From contig CAJQHT010000009.1 of the NCBI GenBank assembly GCA_905478245.1, forward strand, positions 1-61,466: 61,466 nucleotides of DNA, written 5' to 3'. Under the pieces are notes generated by a model, which saw nothing but the letters and a program-made list of their open reading frames with translations, searched no databases and was not told the DNA's origin. Position numbers and translations under genes: made by a program. Position 1 is the first letter of the stretch. Every line of letters starts with the position of its first letter. Of this stretch, positions 9,584 to 19,299 are shown piece by piece. This stretch comes from an uncultured Rickettsiales bacterium (GTDB lineage Bacteria; Pseudomonadota; Alphaproteobacteria; Rickettsiales; UBA1997).

Positions 9584-10294
9584 TTATGTAATAGCAGTAA
9601 CAAAGGCCTTTTCTAAAGTATTTTCTTTATGAATTTTCTTAAATTCGCTAGGTTTACCCACAAAAATTAATTTTGCTTTATCCAATATAGCTACCCTATC
9701 ACAAATCTCATCAACATCAGATAAAACATGAGAGCTAAAAAATATAGAATTATCCTCACTTTTATACTTAACTAATTGATCTTTAAGATTAATTCTGGCA
9801 ATAGGATCAAGTCCACTCATTGGCTCGTCTAAAATAATTAAATTTGCTTTACTTAGGAAAGTTCCAGCGAGGCCTAATTTCTGTGTCATGCCCTTAGAAT
9901 AGCTAGATATTTTAAGATTTAAAGCTGATTCATCTAAATCCAATAATTGAACCATTTTTACTGCCTCATCCTGATTGAGATCTTGTTTATGTAGGCCAGT
10001 AACAAATTTTAAGAATTCCATGCCTTTTAATTGCATTGAAGGGTGAAATTTCTCTGGCAAATAAGCAACATCTTTACGACTTTTAGGAAGTATAACTGAT
10101 TCACCAAATAATTCAACATTACCTTGATCTTGATTTAGTAAGTTCAGAATTATTTTAATGGTAGTAGTTTTTCCAGCTCCATTTAAGCCAACAAAGCCAA
10201 AAATTTCTTTTTTCTTAACTTCTAAATTAATATCGTCTAAAACTTTATTTTTTCCAAAAGATTTATGTAAATTTTTTATTTTTATTCTAGGCAT
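9584..10294 (-). CDS. ABC transporter ATP-binding protein (ABC-2 type)
   Basis: GLNGAGKTT, YSKGM signature, LDEP, H-loop SSH. Confidence 0.92.
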   Translation of the reverse strand: MPRIKIKNLHKSFGKNKVLDDINLEVKKKEIFGFVGLNGAGKTTTIKIILNLLNQDQGNVELFGESVILPKSRKDVAYLPEKFHPSMQLKGMEFLKFVTGLHKQDLNQDEAVKMVQLLDLDESALNLKISSYSKGMTQKLGLAGTFLSKANLIILDEPMSGLDPIARINLKDQLVKYKSEDNSIFFSSHVLSDVDEICDRVAILDKAKLIFVGKPSEFKKIHKENTLEKAFVTAIT

Positions 10295-10298
10295 AATT

Positions 10299-10742
10299 TT
10301 ATTTTAACTTACTAATAATATTATTAATTCCAATAATGGCAATTTCATAGCCAAAATCCCCAAAACCAGATATAACAGAATTTACTACATCCGATATTAC
10401 AGAATTTTTTCTAAATTCCTCGCGGCTAAAGATATTAGAAATATGTATTTCTACTTTTGGCTTTGAGAAAAGCTCTAAAGCGTCACGAATTGCAATAGAG
10501 GTGTGAGTGTAAGCAGCAGCATTAATAATAATCCCGTCAAATTTATTCACAGCATTTTGAATTGATTCGATGATATCGCCCTCAAAATTACTTTGAAAGA
10601 ATTCGATATCTAAATTCAAATTATTAGCTAATTTTTGACAATTTTGTTCAATTTTAGACATGGAAGAATCGCCATAAATTTCCTTATCGCGATGATCAAG
10701 CATATTAAGATTTGGACCATTAATAATTATAATTTTAGTCAT
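10299..10742 (-). CDS. aroQ: Type II 3-dehydroquinate dehydratase
   Basis: INGPNLNML, FQSNFEG, INAAAYTHTS, EIHISN..REEFR. Confidence 0.95.
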   Translation of the reverse strand: MTKIIIINGPNLNMLDHRDKEIYGDSSMSKIEQNCQKLANNLNLDIEFFQSNFEGDIIESIQNAVNKFDGIIINAAAYTHTSIAIRDALELFSKPKVEIHISNIFSREEFRKNSVISDVVNSVISGFGDFGYEIAIIGINNIISKLK

Positions 10743-10753
10743 TATTTTTTATG

Positions 10754-11509
10754 TTATGAACGTTTTAATTTAAAATAAGTCAATATTGATATAGGAATAG
10801 AACTTACATATAAAAATGCCAAGACAATCAGAGTAATCCAAGGCTGCGTCACTAGGCCAACTATTATTAATCCCATAATAATTAAAGTTACATAAAGATA
10901 TTCATTATTAATTGAAATTGTTTTAATTGAAAATGTTGGTATAGTGCTAGCTAAAAGAACAGCTAAAACAAGAACATATAAAGCAATATTTTCAGCAGAA
11001 GAAAATATCGAATTATAACCAAATTCATAAGAAAATATTATTGGCAATACAGCTAAAACAGCTCCACATGGAGCAGGTATGCCATAGAAAAAATATTTTT
11101 CTAATTTTTGCTCAGATCCATCTGCTTTTTCAATATCAACATTAAATCTAGCCAACCTAATTGCCATACAAACAGCAAAAAATAAAACCATTGCCCAATC
11201 TAAAACATAAATATCATTATATTGATTAATCCAAATATAAATTATTAGCACTGGCACAATGCCAAAATTAACAAAATCAACTAATGAATCTAATTGTGCA
11301 CCAAAATTACTGGAAGAATTTAAGAAGCGAGCTAAACGGCCATCTACACCATCTAAAAATGCCGCAATAAATAAAAAGGAGATAGCTTGAACAAAGGATT
11401 CCTCAATTGCAAATCTGATTGCTGATAAACCAATACATAAACCAAATAAAGTAACTAAATTTGGCAAAACTTTTGCTAAATTGAAAGATTTATCTTTTTT
11501 TTGAATCAT
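10754..11509 (-). CDS. pssA: CDP-diacylglycerol--serine O-phosphatidyltransferase
   Basis: LPNLVT, DGVDGRLAR...FGAQLDSLVD (CDP-alcohol phosphotransferase motif), RLARFN. Confidence 0.92.
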   Translation of the reverse strand: MIQKKDKSFNLAKVLPNLVTLFGLCIGLSAIRFAIEESFVQAISFLFIAAFLDGVDGRLARFLNSSSNFGAQLDSLVDFVNFGIVPVLIIYIWINQYNDIYVLDWAMVLFFAVCMAIRLARFNVDIEKADGSEQKLEKYFFYGIPAPCGAVLAVLPIIFSYEFGYNSIFSSAENIALYVLVLAVLLASTIPTFSIKTISINNEYLYVTLIIMGLIIVGLVTQPWITLIVLAFLYVSSIPISILTYFKLKRS

Positions 11510-11637
11510 AATTAAATTTTTAGTTGTATTTGATATAAGTATAAAATATCATAAAACTCACTATCTCTAAAGCAAATTAGAACCTAATTCATTTTGCTGA
11601 TAAATTAAATAAAAAGCAACAAAAAACAAATAATTTT

Positions 11638-13695
11638 ATGAAAAACAACCAAACATTATCTCAAAACATGGCAAATGCTGTCAGATTCTTATCTATTGAT
11701 GCAGTTCAAAAAGCCAATTCTGGACATCCAGGAATGCCAATGGGTATGGCAGATGTTGCTACTATATTATTTAATGAATTCCTAAAATTTAATGTTAGTG
11801 ATGCAAAATGGGCTGATCGTGACAGATTCATCCTTTCTGCTGGTCATGGCTCTATGCTTTTATACTCACTATTATATTTAACAGGATATGAAGATATAAA
11901 TTTACAAGATATTAAAAGTTTTCGTCAACTTGGCTCTAAAACAGCTGGCCACCCTGAATATGGTGAATTAGAAGCTATAGAAACCACAACTGGTCCACTT
12001 GGTCAAGGTCTTGGTAATGCTGTTGGCATGGCCATTGCTGAACAAATACAACAAGAAAAATTCAGCAAAGATTTAGTTGATCACAAAACTTACTGCATCG
12101 TTGGAGATGGTTGTTTAATGGAAGGAATTAGCCAAGAATCCATTTCAATTGCTGGTCATTTAGCTCTTTCCAACTTAATTGTATTATGGGATAATAACAA
12201 TATATCAATTGATGGTGAACTTCATATTGCCACCTCAGAAAATACCAAATTAAGATTTGAGGCTTGTAATTGGAATGTTATAGAAATTGATGGTCATAAT
12301 TACGATGAAATTAGATCAGCTCTAAAAAAAGCACAAAATTCTGATAAGCCTGTGATGATTTCCTGCAAAACAACTATTGCTTACGGCTCTCCTAATAAAG
12401 CAAATTCTGCCTCCTCACATGGATCTCCACTTGGAGACGAGGAAATTACAGCTACTAGAAAAAATCTTGGTTGGGATCATGCGCCTTTTGAAATACCAGA
12501 AGATCTACTTAAAGAATGGAGAAAAGCAGGCTTAAGAGGTGAAACAGAATATAGCAAATGGCATACAAGACTAGATAAATCAATCTTAAGAGCAGAATTT
12601 TATCGTTTACAACAAAATGAATTGCCTGATTTCAAATCAAAATTAGAAAAATTTAAACAATTAACATTTTTAGACAAACCTCAACAAGCTACCAGAAAAT
12701 CATCTAATGATACATTGGAAGCTCTATGTGAAGCAATTCCTGAACTTATAGGTGGATCTGCAGATCTTACCGGGTCTGTTTGCACTAAAACCAGCTCAAT
12801 GAGCGCCATCTCTAGGGATAATTTTTCTGGCCGCTATTTACATTACGGCGTCAGAGAACACGCGATGGGTGCAATCATGAATGGCTTGGCTTTACATAAA
12901 GGTGCTATTCCTTACTCTGGAACATTCTTAGTATTCTCTGATTACATGAAGCCAGCAATTCGTCTTGCCGCTTTAATGAAATTACAAATAATTTATATCT
13001 TAACTCATGATTCTATAGGTCTTGGCGAAGATGGTCCAACTCATCAACCAGTTGAACATCTTGCATCCTTAAGATCAATACCTAATTTAAATGTTTTCAG
13101 ACCAGCTGATGCTGCAGAAGTAGCAGGCTCTTTTGAACAGGCCCTAATACATAAAAACACTCCTTCTGCTATAGTTCTTACCAGGCAAAATGTTGGTTAT
13201 TTCAGAAATGAATATAACAAGCAAGGCTTTGGTCAATATGGTGCTTACATAATATCTGATACAGCGCTTGATATCGAGCCTGATGTCGTAATTTTAGCAA
13301 CTGGCTCAGAAGTTCAAGTTGCCATAGAAACTAAAGATATATTACATAAAAAAGGTTTTGCGGTTAGAGTGGTTTCAATACCTTGCGTTGAAATATTTGC
13401 TAAGCAAGATAAATCATATCAAAATCAAATTCTTGGACCAAGAAGCATCTTAAAAGCAGGAATTGAAGCTGGAATTTATCAAGGTTGGCATCGTTACTTA
13501 GGTAGTGATGGTATATTTATTGGCATGGAAGGTTTTGGCGCCTCTGGAAAAGCAGAGGATTTATTTGAGCATTTTGGCATTACCGCTAAAAATGCTGCCG
13601 ACAAAATTTCTGCTGAACTTATCTCCAGAAGAAAAAGGAAAAAACGTCATATCAAAGAATTTCAAGAAGATACTGATCTTGAAATGGCAGCATAA
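11638..13695 (+). CDS. tkt: Transketolase
   Basis: SGHPG, DRFILSAGH, GDGCLMEG, GVREH, GEDGPTHQ. Confidence 0.97.
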   Translation: MKNNQTLSQNMANAVRFLSIDAVQKANSGHPGMPMGMADVATILFNEFLKFNVSDAKWADRDRFILSAGHGSMLLYSLLYLTGYEDINLQDIKSFRQLGSKTAGHPEYGELEAIETTTGPLGQGLGNAVGMAIAEQIQQEKFSKDLVDHKTYCIVGDGCLMEGISQESISIAGHLALSNLIVLWDNNNISIDGELHIATSENTKLRFEACNWNVIEIDGHNYDEIRSALKKAQNSDKPVMISCKTTIAYGSPNKANSASSHGSPLGDEEITATRKNLGWDHAPFEIPEDLLKEWRKAGLRGETEYSKWHTRLDKSILRAEFYRLQQNELPDFKSKLEKFKQLTFLDKPQQATRKSSNDTLEALCEAIPELIGGSADLTGSVCTKTSSMSAISRDNFSGRYLHYGVREHAMGAIMNGLALHKGAIPYSGTFLVFSDYMKPAIRLAALMKLQIIYILTHDSIGLGEDGPTHQPVEHLASLRSIPNLNVFRPADAAEVAGSFEQALIHKNTPSAIVLTRQNVGYFRNEYNKQGFGQYGAYIISDTALDIEPDVVILATGSEVQVAIETKDILHKKGFAVRVVSIPCVEIFAKQDKSYQNQILGPRSILKAGIEAGIYQGWHRYLGSDGIFIGMEGFGASGKAEDLFEHFGITAKNAADKISAELISRRKRKKRHIKEFQEDTDLEMAA

Positions 13696-13716
13696 GAAAT
13701 TATTATAAGAAAATAT

Positions 13717-14349
13717 ATGGAAGAATTAAAATATTTAAAATCTGGCTATCAAAGATTTCGTGAAAAATATTTTAAAAATGAAAATACAATTTTTCAGAAT
13801 TTAGCCATAAGTCAAAATCCCAAAGCCTTAATTATTGGCTGTTCTGACTCCAGGGTTGATCCTGCTATTATAATGGATTGCAAACCAGGAGATCTATTTC
13901 TAGTTAGAAATGTTGCCAATTTAGTGCCGCCTTACGAAGCTCCTGATAATGGCTATCACGGCACTAGTGCTGCCTTAGAATTTGGAGTATGTCACCTTGA
14001 AGTAGAGCAAATTATAATAATTGGACATAGCTCTTGCGGTGGCATTGCTAGTTTATTTGAAAATAATAAGCAAAATAATCAAGATTTAACTTTTATCAAT
14101 AAATGGATGGATTTAGTTGCCAACTTATGTCATCATGATTCAATTGATGAAATTCATGATCAAAAGAATAAAATAAATCAATGTTCCAAATTGGCAATTA
14201 TAAATTCTCTTGCTAATTTAAAATCATTTCCATGGATAAAATCAAGAATCAATGATGGCAAGTTAAATATTCACGGCTGGTATTTCAACATCAAAACTGG
14301 AACAATAGAACAATATGATTCCAAGCTAGATAAATTCCAGGAATTATAA
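13717..14349 (+). CDS. Beta-class carbonic anhydrase
   Basis: CSDSR, RNVAN, GHSSCGG Zn ligands. Confidence 0.95.
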   Translation: MEELKYLKSGYQRFREKYFKNENTIFQNLAISQNPKALIIGCSDSRVDPAIIMDCKPGDLFLVRNVANLVPPYEAPDNGYHGTSAALEFGVCHLEVEQIIIIGHSSCGGIASLFENNKQNNQDLTFINKWMDLVANLCHHDSIDEIHDQKNKINQCSKLAIINSLANLKSFPWIKSRINDGKLNIHGWYFNIKTGTIEQYDSKLDKFQEL

Positions 14350-14404
14350 AATTAAATTTACATTTTACCTTGCAAATTTAATATATTATGTTAATATTGC
14401 TAGG

Positions 14405-15604
14405 ATGTATAAAAGAGAAATCACCAAACAAATTATAAAAAAACTAGAAACAAACCCTGCTATAGCTATTCTTGGTCCACGCCAAATAGGAAAAACTACA
14501 CTTGCTTTAGAAATAGGCAAAAAGAGAGATTTTATTTATCTTGACCTTGAAAATCCAGAAGATTTTCAAAAACTTAGAGATCCCAAACGTTATCTTGATC
14601 TACATTCTGATAAATTAGTTATTATTGATGAAATTCAACGATATCCAAATTTATTTATGTCTTTACGTGGCATTATTGATGCAAGACGTCGTGAAGGTAA
14701 AGGAAATGGACGTTTTCTTGTATTAGGTTCTGCTTCTAACGATCTTTTAAAACAAAGCTCAGAAAGCCTTGCAGGACGCATAAGTTATTTAGAACTTTCA
14801 GGGCTGAATCCTTTTGAAATTGAATCATCACATGGTAAATATTTCAATCAACTTTGGATTCGCGGAGGATTTCCAAATAGCTATTCTGCATCAAGCGATA
14901 TTGACAGTAATGAATGGCGTAGAAATTTCATTAAAACATATCTAGAGCGTGACATTCCTCAACTTGGCTCTCACATACCAGCCACAACATTAATGCGTTT
15001 TTGGACAATGCTTGCTCATTCACAAGGAGAGTTACTAAATGCATCAAAACTTGCTAGTTCACTTGGTGTAAAAAGTGTAACAATTAATCGTTATCTTGAT
15101 TTAATGGTAGATCTTTTGCTTGTTCGTAGACTTGAGCCATGGCATGGTAATGTTAAAAAACGGTTAGTAAAATCTCCAAGAGTTTATGTAAGGGATAGCG
15201 GCATAGTGCATACTTTATTACAAATATCTAATTATGAACATTTATTAGGCAATCCAGTTTTAGGAAAAAGTTGGGAAGGTTTTGTCATTGAAAACATCAT
15301 TTCCACCCTACCTTCAAATATACATTCATTTTTTTATAGAACATCTGCTGGAGCAGAAATAGATTTATTGCTAGAATTAGGTCTTAATAATTATTGGGCA
15401 ATAGAAATTAAATCCAGCAAGACACCAAATATAAAAAAAGGATTTCACATAGCCTGTGAAGATTTAAATGTTAAACGTAAATTTATTTTATATGCCGGAG
15501 AAGACAGTTTTTTTCTTGGAAATAAAACGCTTATGATTTCCCTTCCTCTTTTTCTGCAAGAAATAAAGAAAGAACTTTGGCATAATAGCATTTCCCATTT
15601 TTAA
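14405..15604 (+). CDS. AAA+ ATPase (AAA_14 / DUF4143 type) with C-terminal PD-(D/E)xK-like domain
   Basis: GPRQIGKT, IIDEIQ, LGS, ESLAGR, GGFP, KSPRVY, EIDLL..AIEIK. Confidence 0.88.
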   Translation: MYKREITKQIIKKLETNPAIAILGPRQIGKTTLALEIGKKRDFIYLDLENPEDFQKLRDPKRYLDLHSDKLVIIDEIQRYPNLFMSLRGIIDARRREGKGNGRFLVLGSASNDLLKQSSESLAGRISYLELSGLNPFEIESSHGKYFNQLWIRGGFPNSYSASSDIDSNEWRRNFIKTYLERDIPQLGSHIPATTLMRFWTMLAHSQGELLNASKLASSLGVKSVTINRYLDLMVDLLLVRRLEPWHGNVKKRLVKSPRVYVRDSGIVHTLLQISNYEHLLGNPVLGKSWEGFVIENIISTLPSNIHSFFYRTSAGAEIDLLLELGLNNYWAIEIKSSKTPNIKKGFHIACEDLNVKRKFILYAGEDSFFLGNKTLMISLPLFLQEIKKELWHNSISHF

Positions 15605-15640
15605 AATGGGTTAAAATAATAAATAATCTAACTTCATATT
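15585..15640 (+). mobile_element. Left arm of an ATACC-family MITE that supplies the stop codon of the AAA ATPase
   Basis: ATAGCATTTCCCATTTTTAAAATGGGTTAAAATAATAAATAATCTAACTTCATATT closely matches 52812-52867. Confidence 0.75.
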
Positions 15641-15643
15641 ATA

Positions 15644-17883
15644 TTAAAACACAATTTTATATTTTAAAGATGCAGAGTGGCTAGTAAATCCAGAACCATT
15701 CTTTAAATCATATTTAATACTTAATGAATTATCATCATCTGGAATGGTAAATTCTATACCTACATTAAGAAGGTTCTCAATTAGATCGCTACTTGTTGTT
15801 GTTACTGATTTTCCGCCAGCAACAAAGCCCAACTCAGAAACACTACCCTCAGTTTTAAGATTTCTAATCCAGCCAATATTTAATTTTGGAAATATTTGAG
15901 CATTATCAAGATCTATTTTTCCATGTATATTATAATTAAGAATTGAAGTAAGTGTTTCAAGATCGCGACTTTTAAACTCTAAGCCAAGAGCGCCTTTTTC
16001 TTGATAATCATCAGTTATTAAATAACCATATCTAAGTGAAAGACTAGGTCCTGCTAAAAACTTACTAAACATTTTTCTATTATGTCCCATGGTAATTTGA
16101 GCACCCATTTCCATTGAATTATATTTTGCAGAAACTTGTTCTGTAGTGGAAGTACTATCCATCAATCTTGTAGATTCATTTTTATTAAAAGCAATATTGG
16201 CAATTTGTTCATTATAAAAACCAATATTACCTTTTTTGAAATTATGTTGATATAATGATAATTGTATTGAATTAACATCAGTATTTTGATTATTTGTTGA
16301 ATCACTTTCCACGCTAGCATTTGCGTAAGTAACTGCCCCGCCAATAATTGAATATTTACTATCATTTACTTTTCTCAAAATATCATAACCAAAAACCAAA
16401 CCATAAGTTTTAGAATCATATCCTGCCTCACCATTTCTTTTCCTTTGAATTGCCGAACCACCAAAAACCTGACCCCAAACACCAAATTCATCATTTATAT
16501 TATTACCAGATGAATAGCCAGATTCACTATTACTGCCATATATATCAGAATTAGATTCAGAATTTGATGTTGCCACAGATTTAGCGAACGAATTATGATT
16601 ACTAACTACATCTGCAGATTGAGCTGAAATCGCAAGAGAGGAAAGACCTACTTCATTATTATGGCTAATATCAAGAGATTCCGTAACATCATTCAAAGTT
16701 TTTTCATCTGATATTTTATAAATCTCATCAGAAAGTGACTCAAAACTAGCATTTACAGCTTTCAAACTAATAATGTTTTCTGTAATTATTAGGGTTGATT
16801 CATCTAAATCATTTGCGGAATCTAATTCTGTTTTTATTTTCAAAACATTATTTTCATACAATAAAGTAGATGCTAGTAAAAATGAATTATCAATTACACT
16901 TATATTATCTGCTGCTTTATAAGATGTTATCTCATCAATTATTTCATATGAAGCATCCGCAGCCAGATCATTAATATTGGAATAATCTATATCAATTACA
17001 CTATTAGAATTAAGATTAACACTCGCTGCAGAAATTAATGCATCCTGACTTACATCAATATTTAATTTACTCTTCCCCTTTAATGTCAAATTATTTGTAT
17101 AAATATTTTGTTTGAATATTGCCTCTGTAGCACTAGTTCCATCGCCAATATTAATAGTTCCAAATTTATCTGAACTAGTTCCAATTGTAGCAGCAATTGT
17201 TTGAGCACCATCAGTTCCAGAAAGAGTAAGAGTTCCTGTATCATCAATAGTACCATCTTTAATTATACCAACATCAGTCTTATTTGTTCCTGTTTTTGAT
17301 TCAATATCTCCCGATATATTAAGAGTAACATTATCAGCACCAATAATATAAGAAGATTCATAATAAATAGATAAATTATTAACATAAACATCTTGTTCCA
17401 ATGCTGCTCTTGTTCCGCCTCTTATTATAATATTACCAAAATTCGTTTCAGAATCTCCAATTACAGAATCAATTATTTGATCACCTCCTTTTGAAAAAGT
17501 AATAGATGCATCCTTATCAGAAGTTTGATCATTAATTAAAGTAGCATAAATATTTTTCTTGAATGTTACTCCATTGTTATTTGTATTACTAATATTAATA
17601 GCTCCAAATTTAGTTGTATCGGTTCCAATTGCAGAATTGATTGTTTGAGCGTCAGTTCCAGAAAGCGTAAGAGCTCCACTTCCTGATGTTTCACTATTAG
17701 TTCCACCTGTAACATCAAGATTAGCTCCATTAAATGTAAATAGATTATCATTAGTTGTTAAATTTGTAACATAAATATCTTTATTAAATATTGCTCCAGC
17801 GTTATTGCTTATATTGATAGTTCCAAAATAATCTGAAGCATCATCTTCATTATTTTCTCCAATCTGAACATTAATTGTTTGAG
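15644..17883 (-). pseudogene. 5'-truncated autotransporter (beta-helical passenger repeats + C-terminal beta-barrel)
   Basis: Repeats GxLTLSGTDxxQTI...FGxINI; barrel from GVWGQVFG to terminal YKIVF; no signal peptide; the ORF-track start (TTG at 17896) lies inside the IS terminal repeat. Confidence 0.85.
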
Positions 17884-17942
17884 GGGACCGTCGCAAATCA
17901 AATCCAAATAATTTCTTAATTTTGTAATATTTTTACTTGCAT

Positions 17943-17987
17943 AAAACAGCTATTAAGCTAGTATTTATCTAGCTTAATAGCTGTTTT
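17943..17987. repeat. Perfect 19-bp-arm hairpin in the IS leader
   Basis: AAAACAGCTATTAAGCTAG-TATTTAT-CTAGCTTAATAGCTGTTTT. Confidence 0.85.
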
Positions 17988-18022
17988 TTACATATTTTTT
18001 ATTAAATAATTGGGAATTTAAT

Positions 18023-19050
18023 ATGTCCCGTCAAATAGAAATGATTTGTTTAGAAGAATTAGTTCCAGATAGTCACATTTACAGAAAATTCAAAGAATTA
18101 TGGAATTTTTCTGAGATGGAAAAAGAAATGAGTAAGATGGAAGCTAATTCAGATCATAAAGGCTATGGGGCTTTTAGATTATTTCTATGTCTCCTAATTC
18201 AATTTGCAGAAGATCTGAGTGATAGGGAATTAGAGAGATATTTAGAAGATACTAATTCAGCTAAATGGTTTTGTAACTTTGGATTAGTTGAAAAGACCCC
18301 AGACCACAGCGTCTTTGGCAATGCCAGAAAAAGAATTGGAACCAAAAGATTATCCACAATATTCAATATTCTAAAAGACCAATTAAAAGAGAAAGGCTAT
18401 ATGAATGAGGTATTCACATTTATAGATGCCTCTCACCTAATATCCAAAGCAACATTATGGAAAGAAAGGGATGAAGCTATCAAAAAGAAATACGAAAAAC
18501 TAAATAATGAAATCCTTCCCAAATTTACTAAAGACAAACAAGCTGACTTTACTTATAAAAATTCTGTTTATTTTATTGAATAAGTTGCAAACGCTTCGCT
18601 TATTGTGGCTGTAAAGGAGGTAATAAATTCTGGTATGGCTTTAAGAAGCACGCTTCTGTTGATATGCAATCTGGCATGATCAATAAAGTAGCTATCACCA
18701 AAGCTAGCACAATAGATTCAAAAGGAATGAAACACGTTACCCCAGAAAGTGGAGCTGTTTACGGCGATAAAGGATATTGTGACAAGAATGCTAAAAAAGC
18801 AGTAGCTAAAAGAAATCTTCATCTAGCTGCTATGAAAAAGAATAATATGATAGGTAAGAATAAAGATCTTGATAAATGGTACTGCAAACTTAGATCTCCT
18901 TATGAGAGAATATTTTCTAAAACAAATCACAGAGTTAGATATCAAGGAATTCAAAAGAATCAATTTACTGCTTTTATGGAGAGTATAGCTCATAACTTTA
19001 AGAGAATGATTATTTTAGATGAGCTTTATCCACCACCAAATACAGCTTAA
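18023..19050 (+). pseudogene. IS5-family DDE transposase split into two frames
   Basis: LSDRELE, TPDHS, FIDASH in ORF 1; GCKGGNKFWYGFKKH, YGDKGY, RSPYERIF in the second frame; an extra segment of about 56 bp at 18551-18606. Confidence 0.88.
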
Positions 19051-19224
19051 AGCAAGGATTCACTGCGTCCAGGACGCATAAAAACTAAGAAAAATCAAAA
19101 AATTAACTAAAAATCAAAAATATTTATAAAAATATGGTGAATTTCTGACGAAATTCACTGAGATATTAAGAAATTTAAACTTTTTTAGAAAAATTTAGAA
19201 GAAAGCTGGGTTTGCGACGGTCCC

Positions 19225-19299
19225 TTTATAGATTTTTATCAAAAAATATGAAGTTAAATTATTTATTATTTTAAACTATTTAAAGATGGGAATTGATAC
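19225..19299 (-). mobile_element. ATACC-family MITE arm starting in the rarA stop codon and cut by the IS
   Basis: Reverse complement GTATCAATTCCCATCTTTAAATAGTTTAAAATAATAAATAATTTAACTTCATATTTTTTGATAAAAATC matches 52812-52881. Confidence 0.75.

Larger units (their letters stand above)
17884..19224 (+). mobile_element. IS5-family insertion sequence with disrupted transposase
   Basis: 14-bp TIR GGGACCGTCGCAAA / TTTGCGACGGTCCC; no target-site duplication visible. Confidence 0.9.

Noticed and set aside
17884-17896. ORF-track start (MRRSP) of the autotransporter
   Set aside because: These codons are the IS terminal inverted repeat, not a native start.
18583-18664. Programmed ribosomal frameshift in the IS5 transposase
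   Set aside because: An extra segment with stops in both frames separates the conserved motifs; disruption explains it better.
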